47,522 nucleotides of DNA. It comes from an uncultured Gammaproteobacteria bacterium (GTDB lineage: Bacteria > Myxococcota_A > UBA9160 > SZUA-336). Positions within the stretch are counted from its first letter, which is position 1, and every line of letters starts with the position of its first letter. This document shows positions 1 through 9,660 of this stretch, one piece after another. Made by a program: the position numbers and the translations under genes. Below the pieces are notes generated by a model. That model ran no database searches, was not told the DNA's origin, and worked only from the letters and a program-made list of their open reading frames with translations. The DNA lies in contig CAXMNF010000307.1 in the NCBI GenBank assembly GCA_964194645.1, positions 1 to 47,522 on the forward strand. Reading direction: 5' to 3'.

Positions 1-486
1 CAGAGCGACGCGGGCACGGCCGTGCGGGTGTTCGGCACCTTGCTCACCTGGATGCAGGAGCGCAGCTCCCCGGTCTTCGTGGTCGCGACCGCAAACAAGC
101 TCGAGGCGCTGCCGCCCGAACTGCTGCGGCGCGGGCGCTTCGACGAGATCTTCTTCGTCGACCTGCCGGGCGCCGCGACACGCGCGGAGATCCTAGGCAT
201 CCACCTGGCCAAGCGCGGGCGCGATCCCGGGAAGTTCGACCTGCAGGCGCTGGCCAGCGCCTGCTCGGAGTTCAGTGGAGCGGAGCTCGAGCACGTGGTG
301 ATCGAGGCGCTGTTCGCGGCCTTCGACGCCGACCGCGAGATCGAAGACGACGACCTGCTCGATGCGATCACCGAGACCACGCCGCTCGCGCGTACCTCGG
401 CCGAGGAAGTACAGCGCCTGCGCGAGTGGTCGCGCACCCGCGCGCGGGCTGCCGACCTGGACAGCGAGAAGCCCGGTCGTGTCTGA
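1..486 (+). CDS. AAA+ ATPase, Ycf46-like family (5'-partial)
   Basis: Frame open from base 1; motifs [46 protein letters not shown] are typical of Ycf46-like AAA ATPases. Confidence 0.88.
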   Translation, partial: QSDAGTAVRVFGTLLTWMQERSSPVFVVATANKLEALPPELLRRGRFDEIFFVDLPGAATRAEILGIHLAKRGRDPGKFDLQALASACSEFSGAELEHVVIEALFAAFDADREIEDDDLLDAITETTPLARTSAEEVQRLREWSRTRARAADLDSEKPGRV

Positions 487-1072
487 GCGCCGCTTCAGCC
501 GGCTGGAACGCAAGGGCCCCGAGCCGCCCGAGCGCGGGGAGGAGCCGAAGGGCCTGGCGCGCGCGCTGGAGCGCGACGGCGAGCTGGGACTCGACGAGAG
601 CGGCGCGGAGCGCACGCACTTCTGCCGCTCCTGCGAGGCCGAGACGCGCGCCGGGGTCACCACCTGCTACAACTGCGGATCCTCGATCGGGGGTCCCGAC
701 CAGGACCTGTTCGACGAGCTGAAACGCCGCGAGCTCGCCGCAGCGCAGCAGACGAAGGACGAGGCGGCCCGGCGGGTCGCCGCCGTGGAAGCCGCGCGGG
801 CCGAACTCGAACGCGAGCGGGAGCGGGAACAGGAGCGCCAGCAGCTCGAGCCGACCGCGCCGGTGGCGCCCAGTGCGCAGCGGGTGGCTGAGGATCCGCG
901 GCTCGCGCTCGGCGTACTGGTCGTGTGCCTGTTCGCGACCGTCTCGGCGACGCTGCACCTGTTCCTGTCGGCCGCCTACTCCGACGACACGAACTGGAGC
1001 GTGCTGGCCGAGGTCGCGATCGCGACCATTGGCACCTGGGTGGCCTTCACCCTCCTGCAGAGCCGCTCCTAG
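479..1072 (+). CDS. Hypothetical membrane protein with Zn-ribbon (CxxC...CxxC), coiled coil and 2 C-terminal TM helices
   Basis: GTG at 479 overlaps the ATPase stop; CRSC...CYNC; E/R-rich helix; two hydrophobic segments. Confidence 0.7.
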   Translation: MSERRFSRLERKGPEPPERGEEPKGLARALERDGELGLDESGAERTHFCRSCEAETRAGVTTCYNCGSSIGGPDQDLFDELKRRELAAAQQTKDEAARRVAAVEAARAELEREREREQERQQLEPTAPVAPSAQRVAEDPRLALGVLVVCLFATVSATLHLFLSAAYSDDTNWSVLAEVAIATIGTWVAFTLLQSRS

Positions 1073-1264
1073 CGGCCTAACGGCGAGCGGAGCTCGCCTT
1101 GCCGCGACGGAGAGTGACTCCAGGAGGAGTCCCTCTCCTACGGGAACGGGGGGAGCGGAGTTGCCAGCATCTAGTTGGCGGGCGCAGCCCGCCTTCCAGC
1201 AGGACAGCGACGCCAGTCGCTGTCCGTGCGGCAAGGCGAGCGGAGCTCGCCGTTAGGCCGCTAG
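1069..1264. repeat. Composite REP/MITE-like element: two inverted copies of a hairpin repeat, CTAG at both ends
   Basis: Left end CTAGCGGCCTAACGGCGAGC-GGA-GCTCGCCTTGCCGC is the reverse complement of the right end except for the 3-nt loop; the same unit recurs at 38284-38447. Confidence 0.9.
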
Positions 1265-1621
1265 AAGTGGCGCGCAGAGCTCCAATTGGTGACCGTCCGG
1301 GTCCCTGAAGTAGAGCGAGCGAGCCGGCATCCACGCGTGGTGCACGGGACCCTCGACCTCGACACCCGCCTCGCGCAGCCGCTTGGCGGCCTCGTCGACG
1401 TCGGCTGCGCCGATCGTGAGTGCGAAGTGCTGGGCGGGCCACTCGCCGGCGTCCTGCTGCAACACCACCATCCCCGCACTGCCGCCGGCGCGCAGGAAGA
1501 GCATGCCGCGCGGATCGCGCAGGGCGACCTCGAGCCCCAGCGGCCCCGTGTAGAACAGCTCGGCGCGCGCCAGGTCTCGCACGCGCACCGCAACCTCGTA
1601 GACTCCTCGAATCGGAAGCAT
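1253..1621 (-). CDS. VOC/glyoxalase family protein
   Basis: VAVRVRDLARAELFY..LGL, HFAL, RSLYFRDPDGHQLEL motifs. Confidence 0.9.
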   Translation of the reverse strand: MLPIRGVYEVAVRVRDLARAELFYTGPLGLEVALRDPRGMLFLRAGGSAGMVVLQQDAGEWPAQHFALTIGAADVDEAAKRLREAGVEVEGPVHHAWMPARSLYFRDPDGHQLELCAPLLAA

Positions 1622-1717
1622 GGTTGGTCTCCTTCGGTTTCGCGCCCAGCATGCGCCGTCCCTGGACGCCTGGACAACTGGAGGGTCGACAGACTGGCGG
1701 AATGATAGAGTCTCGTC

Positions 1718-2275
1718 ATGTCGGACGATTCGGGAGCCAACCTAGCGGGGAACCTGCGGCGGCTGCGCGAGGGGCGCGGCCTGTCCCAGCAGCAGATGGC
1801 CAAGGTCTCGGGGATTCCGCGTCCCACCTGGGCGAGCCTCGAGTCCGGCTCCGCGAACCCCACGCTCGCGGTGCTGCGCAGCGCCGCGGCCGCCCTGCAG
1901 GTCTCAATCGAAGAGCTGATCGGGCCGCCGCGCACGGCCTGTCAGCTGTTCCGGGCTGCCGACGTGGCCGTGCGGCGCCGTGGGGGTGCCGTGCTGCGAC
2001 CGCTCGTGGCCGAAGCGATCCCGGGCCTGGAGATCGGCCGCATGGAACTCGAGCCTGGCCGCCAGATGGTCGGCATCCCGCACACGCCGGGCACCCGCGA
2101 ATACCTGACCTGCGAGACCGGGCGCATCGAGTTGGTGGCCTCGGGCGAGCGTTGGACGCTCGAGCCGGGCGACACCCTGGTGTTCCGCGGCGACCAGCGC
2201 CACACCTACCGCAACCCGGACGAGCGGCGGCCGGCGGTTGCGATCACCGTGGTCTGCTTCGCGCCGTCCCGCTAG
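1718..2275 (+). CDS. XRE-family transcriptional regulator with cupin domain
   Basis: NLRRLR..GLSQQQMA...LESGSANPTL HTH; HTPGTREYL...LEPGD...HTYRN cupin. Confidence 0.92.
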   Translation: MSDDSGANLAGNLRRLREGRGLSQQQMAKVSGIPRPTWASLESGSANPTLAVLRSAAAALQVSIEELIGPPRTACQLFRAADVAVRRRGGAVLRPLVAEAIPGLEIGRMELEPGRQMVGIPHTPGTREYLTCETGRIELVASGERWTLEPGDTLVFRGDQRHTYRNPDERRPAVAITVVCFAPSR

Positions 2276-2279
2276 AGCC

Positions 2280-3287
2280 CTACCTGGGCCAGAGCCAGGC
2301 GGACGCTCGTTCCAGACACCAGTAGGCCGCGAGCGTGCCCATCGCGTACACCGGAACGTGTCGGAGCGCCGGCCACGCGCGTTGGCCGAGCGGCACGGCC
2401 CGCAGCGCTGCGCCCGCCACCAGCAGCAGAGCGATGAAGGCGAGTTGCCCGGCCTCGATGCCGAGGTTGAACGCGAGCAGGGCGAGCGGCAGCTCTTCGC
2501 GCGGCAGACCGACCTCGGCCAGCGCACCCGCAAAGCCCAGGCCATGCAGGAAACCGAACGCCCCGGCGAGCAGGGCGGGCCGGCGCCGCAGCAGATGCTC
2601 GGGAGCGGCGCCCCGCGCGAGCTCGACCGCCAGCACCAGTACGCTCAGCGCGATCAGTAATTCGACTGGAGCCGAGGGCACCCGCACCAGGCCGAGCACG
2701 GCAAGCGCCAGCGTCACGCTGTGTCCCGCCGTGAACGCCGTCACGGTCCAGAGCAGCGCGCGCGTCCAGCCGGCCAGCAGCACCAGACCGAGCACGAAGA
2801 GCAAGTGGTCGGCGCCGCTCGCAATGTGCTCCGCACCGATGCGCAGGTAGCCCGCGGCCACGGCGCGCGGCTGGGCCCGCGCGGGCACGCGCCACTCGGC
2901 GGCGCCGGCGCGCAGCAACACCTGTGCGCGGCGCCCGTCGCGAAACGAGGCGCGCAGCAGCACGTCGATGCGCGCACGCTCCAGGCCCAGGACCGCGAAC
3001 GACTCGCCGGTGAGCGGTTCCGGGCCGCAGTCCACCGTCCACGTTTCGCTTGCGCTGCTCCGCTCCGCGCGGAACACCGGCGCCTCCAGCGCGCGACAGC
3101 GCGTCGGCAGGCGCACTTCGAGGGCTGACCCCGGCGCGCGGAAGCGAGAGGTCTTCCAGCGCACCCGAAGCTCCCCGGGCGCCCGCTCCTCGATCTCGAG
3201 CAACGCGGGCGCGAGCGGGTGCGCGAGCGCGGCGCCGGGGCCCACCAGCAGGACCAACAGCACGGAGGCGAGCGACGAAGCTCTCAC
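2280..3287 (-). CDS. HupE/UreJ family membrane protein
   Basis: Signal peptide + AH; GAEHIASGADHLLFV, TAFTAGHSVTL, FGFLHGLGFA, FNLGIEAGQ; GTG start at 3287 inferred. Confidence 0.88.
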   Translation of the reverse strand: MRASSLASVLLVLLVGPGAALAHPLAPALLEIEERAPGELRVRWKTSRFRAPGSALEVRLPTRCRALEAPVFRAERSSASETWTVDCGPEPLTGESFAVLGLERARIDVLLRASFRDGRRAQVLLRAGAAEWRVPARAQPRAVAAGYLRIGAEHIASGADHLLFVLGLVLLAGWTRALLWTVTAFTAGHSVTLALAVLGLVRVPSAPVELLIALSVLVLAVELARGAAPEHLLRRRPALLAGAFGFLHGLGFAGALAEVGLPREELPLALLAFNLGIEAGQLAFIALLLVAGAALRAVPLGQRAWPALRHVPVYAMGTLAAYWCLERASAWLWPR

Positions 3288-3325
3288 GGCCGGGGAGCAT
3301 GGCACACGCCTGCTAGCATGCCGCC

Positions 3326-4093
3326 ATGCCCGACTACATCTCGATCGAAGAGGCACGCGCGCGGCCCGGACTGCGCCTGGTTCTCACCGGGGGCGTGCCC
3401 GGCCCGTGGGGCGAAGCGGCCAAGGGGCTGCTTCACGTCAAGCGGATCTCCTACCAGGCGGTGCTCCAGGTTCCGGGCGAGAGCGAGGCGGCGCTGGCGG
3501 CCTGGACCGCGCAGACCAGCGCGCCGGTGGCCGTGTATGGGGACGAGCGGCCGCGCAGCGGCTGGGCCGACATCCTGTTCCTGGCCGAGCGGCTCGCGCC
3601 GGAGCCGCGGCTCGTGCCGAGCGATGCCGAGCAGCGCGTGCGCATGTTCGGCCTCGCGAACGAGATCTGCGGTGAGGGCGGCTTTGCCTGGCAACGCCGC
3701 TTGATGCTGCTGCACCCGGCCCTCGCCAGTGGAAATGACGCTGGCGTAACCGGCCTGCTGGGTGGCAAGTACGGTTGGACCGCCGAGGCGGGCGCCGCGG
3801 CGCCGGCGCGTTGCGCGGAGATCCTGCGCACGCTCTCGGCACAGATCCTCGAGCAGCAGCAGCGCGGCAGCCGCTTCTTCGTGGGTGACCGCCTGTCGGC
3901 GCTCGACGTGTACTGGGCGACCTTCGCCGCGATGCTGGAACCGCTGCCCGCGGAGCTCTGCCCCATGCACGAAGGCATGCGCCGCGCCTACGCGCTGGCC
4001 GATCCAGAGGTGAGCAAGGCGGCGGACCCTCTGCTGCTCGAACACCGCGACTGGATCTACCGCACCTACCTCGCGCTGCCGCTCGACTTCTAG
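3326..4093 (+). CDS. Glutathione S-transferase-like protein
   Basis: PGPWGEAAKG N-terminus; FFVGDRLSALDVYWA resembles the GST C-terminal N-capping region. Confidence 0.7.
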   Translation: MPDYISIEEARARPGLRLVLTGGVPGPWGEAAKGLLHVKRISYQAVLQVPGESEAALAAWTAQTSAPVAVYGDERPRSGWADILFLAERLAPEPRLVPSDAEQRVRMFGLANEICGEGGFAWQRRLMLLHPALASGNDAGVTGLLGGKYGWTAEAGAAAPARCAEILRTLSAQILEQQQRGSRFFVGDRLSALDVYWATFAAMLEPLPAELCPMHEGMRRAYALADPEVSKAADPLLLEHRDWIYRTYLALPLDF

Positions 4094-4710
4094 GGCTGGA
4101 GCAGCGCGAAGCCGAGCAGCTTCTCGAGCTCTTCCAGCGCCGGCAGCGGCTCGTCGACCTTGATGGTGTGCATGCCCAGGGCGCGCGCGCTCTTCAGGTT
4201 GCGGCCGATGTCGTCCAGGAACGCCGAGGCGGGCGGCGCCACCTCGAGCTCGCGGCACACCAGCTCGTAGATGCGCGGATCCGGCTTGCGCAGGCCCACG
4301 ACGCTCGACTCGATGAACACGTGGAAGCGCTCGCGCAGGGGGTTCTCGCCGTCGTTCGGCCAGTTGTTTGTGAGCGCGGCCACGCGCAGCCCCTGCGCTC
4401 GGATCCGCTCGATGGCACGCAGCATCTCGGGCCGCGGGTTCCGCGCGGTCGCGATGTATTCCATGACCCGGCGTCCGTCCACGTCGAGCCCGGCCGCGCG
4501 GCAGTCGGCCTCGAAGGGATCGTAGAAGGACTCCACGTCGAGCTCACCGCGTTCCAGCCGCGACCAGGCGCCGGCCTCGCCGGCCGCCACGATCGAGTGG
4601 TTGATGGCGTTGTGCTCGATGGCCCGGTCGGCCTCGTAACGCGCGATCGCGTGCAGCGGCGAGTCCATGACCACGCCGCCCAGGTCGAAGATGACGGCCT
4701 CGAGCTTCAT
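4090..4710 (-). CDS. HAD-family phosphatase (epoxide hydrolase N-terminal-like)
   Basis: AVIFDLGGV, ALTNNW, GLRKPDPRIY, FLDDIGRNL motifs. Confidence 0.92.
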   Translation of the reverse strand: MKLEAVIFDLGGVVMDSPLHAIARYEADRAIEHNAINHSIVAAGEAGAWSRLERGELDVESFYDPFEADCRAAGLDVDGRRVMEYIATARNPRPEMLRAIERIRAQGLRVAALTNNWPNDGENPLRERFHVFIESSVVGLRKPDPRIYELVCRELEVAPPASAFLDDIGRNLKSARALGMHTIKVDEPLPALEELEKLLGFALLQP

Positions 4711-4799
4711 GCGCGCGATCCTCTCACATGCGGCCGCCCGACGCTCAGCCGCGCTGCGGCGCCGGACTGACGCAGCCCTGCGATATGATCGCCGCGATG

Positions 4800-5210
4800 C
4801 TACGGGAACCTGACCCGCGCCGTGCCCATCACGCGCGTCTCGCCCGCGTCGTTCACGATCGTCAAGTCGAGCTCTGCGATGCGCGCGTCGGGCTGCACGT
4901 CGGTGACCACCCCGCGGAACAGCGGGTGCGAGTCCACCGGGATCGGCGCGCGGAACACCGTGTCGATCGACTCCACGGTGACGTCTTGCCCCCAGCCGTG
5001 AATGATCGCGGCCAGCAGCGCCTGGCTCATGATGCCCGGCACGATGGCGCTCGCCAGCCCCTGCTCGCGGGCCTTCTCGTGGTCGATGAAGCGCGAGAAG
5101 TAGTGGCCCGCGGCCTTGCAGAACTCGCGTACGCGCGGCATCGAGACGTCCGGCTTCACCTCGGGAAGCTCGTCGCCCAGCTCGATCTCCTCGAAGGACA
5201 GCCGCGCCAT
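4800..5210 (-). CDS. MaoC-like hotdog-fold dehydratase subunit
   Basis: FEEIELGDELP...AREQGLASAIVPG...FRAPI hotdog pattern. Confidence 0.8.
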   Translation of the reverse strand: MARLSFEEIELGDELPEVKPDVSMPRVREFCKAAGHYFSRFIDHEKAREQGLASAIVPGIMSQALLAAIIHGWGQDVTVESIDTVFRAPIPVDSHPLFRGVVTDVQPDARIAELDLTIVNDAGETRVMGTARVRFP

Positions 5211-5647
5211 CACTTGAGGTCCGGCTGGCGCACCATGCGCCAGTCCACGGTGGACAGCAGCTCGCCGTCCTGATTCGTGAAGTCCATGCGGTGCACGATG
5301 AACACCATCGGGCCGGAGCGGCCGGTCTTCTCGTACACGTCAGCGATCTTGCTGTGCGCGACCAGCCGGTGTCCGGCGCGCACCGGACCGTGGCAGGTCA
5401 CGGCCTTTCCGGCGTCGAAGCCACGCGAGCCGATGTGAGGGAACGCCTCGGGCAGGACGCGTCGCGAGACGAAACGGCTGCTGAAGGTGGGCGGCGCCTG
5501 GAAGTCTGGATGCGCTGGATCCAGGAAGCGGGGGTCGGTCTCGCCCACCGCGCGAGAGAAGCTCACGATGTCTGCCTCGGTCACTTCGAACTCGGCCGTG
5601 TCGAACTCGAGTCCGACCCACTCCTTCTTGATCCCTGCTACTTGCAT
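5210..5647 (-). CDS. MaoC dehydratase N-terminal-like (FAS1-like) hotdog protein
   Basis: ATG 5647; FSRAVGETDP..APPTF..VYEKTGRSGPMVF..NQDGELL. Confidence 0.85.
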   Translation of the reverse strand: MQVAGIKKEWVGLEFDTAEFEVTEADIVSFSRAVGETDPRFLDPAHPDFQAPPTFSSRFVSRRVLPEAFPHIGSRGFDAGKAVTCHGPVRAGHRLVAHSKIADVYEKTGRSGPMVFIVHRMDFTNQDGELLSTVDWRMVRQPDLK

Positions 5648-6264
5648 TGCAGTGCCTCGAAATCTCCCTGGCGCAGCGCCCCGACCAGATCGTCCACATT
5701 CCGGATCGTCGCCTCGAAGCGCGTGGCCGAGCGGCCGATGTGGCTGACGATGTGGGCGTCGCTGCCGCCCACTCCTCGATAGCCGTACTGGTCGGCCACC
5801 GCCAGCGCCCACTCGTCCTCGCCCTGGCGGCTGCCGCCGTTGAATGTCTCGACGATCGAGACGCCCGGCACAGGCCCGCGCGCCTCGTAGTGCGCACAGA
5901 GCCCCACGTTCGGCCGTCCGGGGTGGCAGGGGACGGCGACTGCACCGCAGCGCTCCGACTCGCGCACCACCCGGGCCAGCTCCAGATCGATCGCCGCGAA
6001 GTCGAAGGCGTGCTGCAGGTCTTCGTTCACACCGAACAGCAGCACGTGTCCGTAGTCGGTCTCGACCTCGCTGCCCTTCAGGATCAGCAGCCCGCTCTCG
6101 TCCTCGAGCTTGCGATAGTCGGACGCGTCGTCGAACTGGCGGTGCTCGGTCAGCACGAAGCCGTCGATCGCGAGCTCGCGCTTGTTGATCCACTGGCAGT
6201 AGTTCTCGACGCGCGCGCGGCCGTCGTCGGACTTGATCGAGTGGTTGTGCAGGTCGAGGATCAT
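5638..6264 (-). CDS. PHP-domain metallophosphoesterase
   Basis: ATG 6264; DLHNHS, LTEH, GHVL, HP, GGSDAH motifs. Confidence 0.9.
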   Translation of the reverse strand: MILDLHNHSIKSDDGRARVENYCQWINKRELAIDGFVLTEHRQFDDASDYRKLEDESGLLILKGSEVETDYGHVLLFGVNEDLQHAFDFAAIDLELARVVRESERCGAVAVPCHPGRPNVGLCAHYEARGPVPGVSIVETFNGGSRQGEDEWALAVADQYGYRGVGGSDAHIVSHIGRSATRFEATIRNVDDLVGALRQGDFEALQCK

Positions 6265-6671
6265 GCCGGCCGGAACCGGGGCACGGCCAGGCCGCCGTCG
6301 GTGTCTACGAACTCGACGATCACCGGCATGCCGATGCGCAGCGCACCGGGCTCGAAGCCGACAACGTTGCTGAGCAGGCGCGGGCCTTCTTCGAGCTCGA
6401 CGTAGGCGAGCGCGTAGGGCAGGGCCTCGCGAAACCCGGGAGCTTGATTCTGGTGGGTCACCGTGAAGCTGTGCACGGTCCCGCGGCCGCTGGCCCGGAA
6501 GTGGCGGATCTCGTCGGACAGGCACGACACGCAGAGCGCGCGCGGCCGGTGCTGTACGGTATTGCAGCTAGCGCAGCGCTGCAGGACCAGCTCGTGGCGG
6601 CCGCAGCCCTCCCAGTAAGCGCGCGTTTCCCAGTCGATCGCCGGTGCCTTGTAGGAGATCTCGCCAGCCAC
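6261..6671 (-). CDS. DUF35 Zn-ribbon/OB-fold protein (thiolase partner)
   Basis: YWEG..LVLQRCASC...PRALCVSC; SGRGTVHSFT; VELEEGPR; GTG 6671. Confidence 0.92.
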   Translation of the reverse strand: MAGEISYKAPAIDWETRAYWEGCGRHELVLQRCASCNTVQHRPRALCVSCLSDEIRHFRASGRGTVHSFTVTHQNQAPGFREALPYALAYVELEEGPRLLSNVVGFEPGALRIGMPVIVEFVDTDGGLAVPRFRPA

Positions 6672-7828
6672 TATGCCCCCTGCAGGATCAAGGTCGCGCC
6701 GCTGTGCAGGCTGCTGAGCAGGCCCCCGGTGCCGTGCACCAGCGCGGTGCGCGCATCCCGGACCTGTCGCTCGCCGCACTCACCGCGCAGCTGCTTGACC
6801 GCCTCGATGACCAGGAAGATGCCGCGCATGCCCGGGTGGTTCGAAGACAGCCCGCCGCCGTCCAGGTTGATGGGCAGCTCACCGCCGAGTTCGATGTGCC
6901 CGCCGGACACGAATGCACCGCCCTCGCCCGGCTTGCAGAAGCCCAGGTTCTCGAGGGTGACGAGCACCGTGATCGTAAACGAGTCGTAGATCATGCACAG
7001 GTCGACATCGTCGTGCGTGACGCCGGCCATGCGGAACGCCGCCTCGCTCGACTGGCGCGCGGCGATGGTCAGCAGGTCCGGCCGGCCCAGCTCCTGATGC
7101 CAGAGCGCCTCACCGCAGCCGCGCAGCAGCACCGGGGCCTTGGCCAGGTCGCGCGCTTGCTCGGCGCTGGTCACGACCAAGGCGCCGCCACCGTCGCTGA
7201 TGATGCAGCAGTCGAGCAGGTGCAGCGGCTCGGAGATCATCCGGCTGGCGAGTACGTCGTCCGCCGTGATGGGCTGACGCATCTTCGCGTTCGGGTTGAG
7301 CGCCGCGTGCTTGCGCGCGGCCACCGCGATCGCGGCGAGCTGCTCGGAAGTGGTCCCGTACTCGTGCATGTGACGCTGGGCGACCAGCGCGTAGCCGCCC
7401 ACCGTGGTGAGCCCGTAGGGCGCCGAGAACGCCGACGCCGGATCGCCGCCGGCGCGGCCGCCGGTACCGATTGCGAAGGCGTTCGAGGCGGCCGTGCTGC
7501 CGTACACGACCAGCGCGACCTCGCACAGGCCGGCGTGGATTGCGGCCGCCGCGTGGTTCACGTGGGCCACGAAGGAGGAGCCGCCGATATTCGTGCCGTC
7601 CACGTAGCGCGGCTTCAGGTTCAGGTACTCCGCCAGCGACACCACCGACATGGGACCCGAGGCCATCCCGGCGGAGAACAGGCCGTCCACGTCCTCGAGC
7701 AAGAGACCCGCGTCCTGGAGAGCACCGCGCGCGCACTCCGCCATGATCTGCGCCTCGGTCTTCTCGGGCGCCCAGCGCGTGGGGTGCTCGTAGACTCCGG
7801 CGATCGCGACCTTGTCGGAGAGCGTCAC
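6671..7828 (-). CDS. SCP-x-type thiolase-fold protein lacking the nucleophilic Cys (possible aldolase)
   Basis: HLLDCCIISDGGGA, YDSFT, NLDGGGLSSNHPG, EAVKQLRGE; IGGSS where the catalytic Cys normally lies. Confidence 0.9.
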   Translation of the reverse strand: MTLSDKVAIAGVYEHPTRWAPEKTEAQIMAECARGALQDAGLLLEDVDGLFSAGMASGPMSVVSLAEYLNLKPRYVDGTNIGGSSFVAHVNHAAAAIHAGLCEVALVVYGSTAASNAFAIGTGGRAGGDPASAFSAPYGLTTVGGYALVAQRHMHEYGTTSEQLAAIAVAARKHAALNPNAKMRQPITADDVLASRMISEPLHLLDCCIISDGGGALVVTSAEQARDLAKAPVLLRGCGEALWHQELGRPDLLTIAARQSSEAAFRMAGVTHDDVDLCMIYDSFTITVLVTLENLGFCKPGEGGAFVSGGHIELGGELPINLDGGGLSSNHPGMRGIFLVIEAVKQLRGECGERQVRDARTALVHGTGGLLSSLHSGATLILQGA

Positions 7829-8634
7829 TTCTCGAGCTCCGCCAGGAACGCGACGACCGCCTCGGCCAGCGCCTCGGGCTGCTCGAGCGGCAGCATGTGA
7901 CCGGCCTTCGGCACCACCAGCTGCCGGGCGCCGGGAATCCCCTCGGCGAGCCGATCCGAGCCGCTCCGCAGCTCGGGAATCTCGTCCTCACCGACAACTA
8001 CCAAGCTGGGCGTGCGCAGCTCGGCGAGCCGTTCGCGCACGTCCCAGTCGCGCAGCGCCAACAGGTCCCCGTAGCCCGCGCGGGGATCGGTCTGCAGATC
8101 CTGCATGAAGCCCTTGCGCACCACCTCGCCGGAGGTGGCCGGCGAATACGCTTCGCGCTGGAACTGGCGGCGCTCGCGGCCCTGGGTTACGCGCCGGACC
8201 AGCTCGAGCAGCGCGTCCGGGACCTTCGAGTTGGCGCCGCTTCCGACCAGCACCAGGGCGCGCACGCGGTCCGGCTGGTCGAGCGCCGTGCGCAGCGCCA
8301 CGGCGCCGCCCATCGAGTGACCGAGCAGGACGGGTGCGGCGCAGCCCAGCTTGTCGAGCAGCGACAGCGTGAAGCCGCTCATCCGCTCGATCGAGCCCAG
8401 GCTGTCCAGGCCACCCGAACGGGCGTGGCCGGGCTGGTCGAAGGCCAGCGGGCTGTGCCGCTCGCAGAGCTGCTCGAGCAGGCCGCCGAACACCGCGCCG
8501 TTGCCGCCGGCGCCGTGCAGGCACAACACGGTTTCACCGCGCGACAGGTCGGGGAGTTCCTCGGGCAGCGTGGTCGGCCCCGCGTGGTGGAGGAGCGTCG
8601 CGATGCCCTCGATCCGGAGGTACTTCTGGGCCAC
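7825..8634 (-). CDS. Alpha/beta-fold hydrolase
   Basis: LHGAGG, DQPGH, GHSMGG nucleophile elbow, GED, AGH. Confidence 0.92.
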   Translation of the reverse strand: MAQKYLRIEGIATLLHHAGPTTLPEELPDLSRGETVLCLHGAGGNGAVFGGLLEQLCERHSPLAFDQPGHARSGGLDSLGSIERMSGFTLSLLDKLGCAAPVLLGHSMGGAVALRTALDQPDRVRALVLVGSGANSKVPDALLELVRRVTQGRERRQFQREAYSPATSGEVVRKGFMQDLQTDPRAGYGDLLALRDWDVRERLAELRTPSLVVVGEDEIPELRSGSDRLAEGIPGARQLVVPKAGHMLPLEQPEALAEAVVAFLAELEK

Positions 8635-8720
8635 CGACGGCAGGGTACTCGGCCGTCGATTTCGCTGTCAAACCAGCGAATCGCCCGAAATCTCGGGAGG
8701 TTTCGCGAGTGGCGCCGGCC

Positions 8721-9590
8721 CTAGGCGAACTTCGCGATCACGTCGTCCGCGAAGCGCCGGATACCGTCCAGCTTGTCGTCGAGCGACTCGGTCGAGCCGC
8801 CGTACAACACCCAGGGCATGGTCTGCAGGTGCGTCACACCGGTGTCCGCTAGACGCCGGTAGCCGTCCACGTCGGCCGCGTCGGTGCAGGCGCCGACCAC
8901 CTGGAGGGGCTCGGCGCCGCGTCCGTACTCCGCGCGGTACTGGCGCAGCCGCCCGATGATCTCGCGGAATTCTTCGGTCGTGTGCAGGTCCGAGACCCAG
9001 CCATCGCCGAGCCGCGCGGTGCGACGCAGCGCCGCCTCGGACAGGCCGCCAAACAGCAGCGGCACGGGCTCGCTCGGCGCCGGCATCATGCGCAGCGGCT
9101 CGAACTCGTAGAAGCGGCCGTGGTGCTCGACTCGCTCGCCGCTCCAGAGCTTGCGCAGCACGGGGACGAGTTCGTCGGTGCGCTTGCCGCGCGTGTGGAA
9201 GTCCTGGCCGAGCAGCTCGAACTCCTCCTTCATCCAACCCACGCCGATCCCCACCGACACGCGGTTCTCGGACAGCACCGCCGCGGTGCCGATCGCCTTG
9301 GCGGCCACGAACGGGTTGCGCATCGGCAGCACGTAGATGTTCGTGACGAAACGCACGCGCTCGGTGGCTCCCGCCATGGCGCCGATCGCCACCCACGGAT
9401 CGGGCCAGGGATTGTGCTCGTCCCAGCGCAGCGAGCCGTCCTCCGAATAGGGGTAGGGCGTGCGGATCGTGGCGGGATGCGCCACGTGGTCGGAGATCGC
9501 CACGCTGTTCCAGCCGTGCTCGTCGGCCGCGCGCGCCAGCGGCAGGTAGTGCAAGGGATCGCTCCAGGCGGTCGAGACCACGAACTGCAT
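8721..9590 (-). CDS. LLM-class (probably F420-dependent) oxidoreductase
   Basis: ATG 9590 with SD-like AAGGGAGG; SDHV..YPY, DPWV, GIGVGWMKEEF, ALRRTARLGDGW. Confidence 0.9.
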   Translation of the reverse strand: MQFVVSTAWSDPLHYLPLARAADEHGWNSVAISDHVAHPATIRTPYPYSEDGSLRWDEHNPWPDPWVAIGAMAGATERVRFVTNIYVLPMRNPFVAAKAIGTAAVLSENRVSVGIGVGWMKEEFELLGQDFHTRGKRTDELVPVLRKLWSGERVEHHGRFYEFEPLRMMPAPSEPVPLLFGGLSEAALRRTARLGDGWVSDLHTTEEFREIIGRLRQYRAEYGRGAEPLQVVGACTDAADVDGYRRLADTGVTHLQTMPWVLYGGSTESLDDKLDGIRRFADDVIAKFA

Positions 9591-9660
9591 GCCTCCCTTG
9601 TACCGGTTCCGCGGGCGGGCGGTCAACGAAGCCGGGGCGCCTGCTATGCTGGACATCGGG

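Noticed and set aside
1069-1264. Autonomous IS element, or a tRNA/known ncRNA
   Set aside because: No transposase ORF, no cloverleaf or T-loop consensus, and no recognisable Rfam-type motif
2280-3287. Hydrogenase/urease locus implied by HupE/UreJ
   Set aside because: No hydrogenase or urease genes nearby; stand-alone members of this family are common
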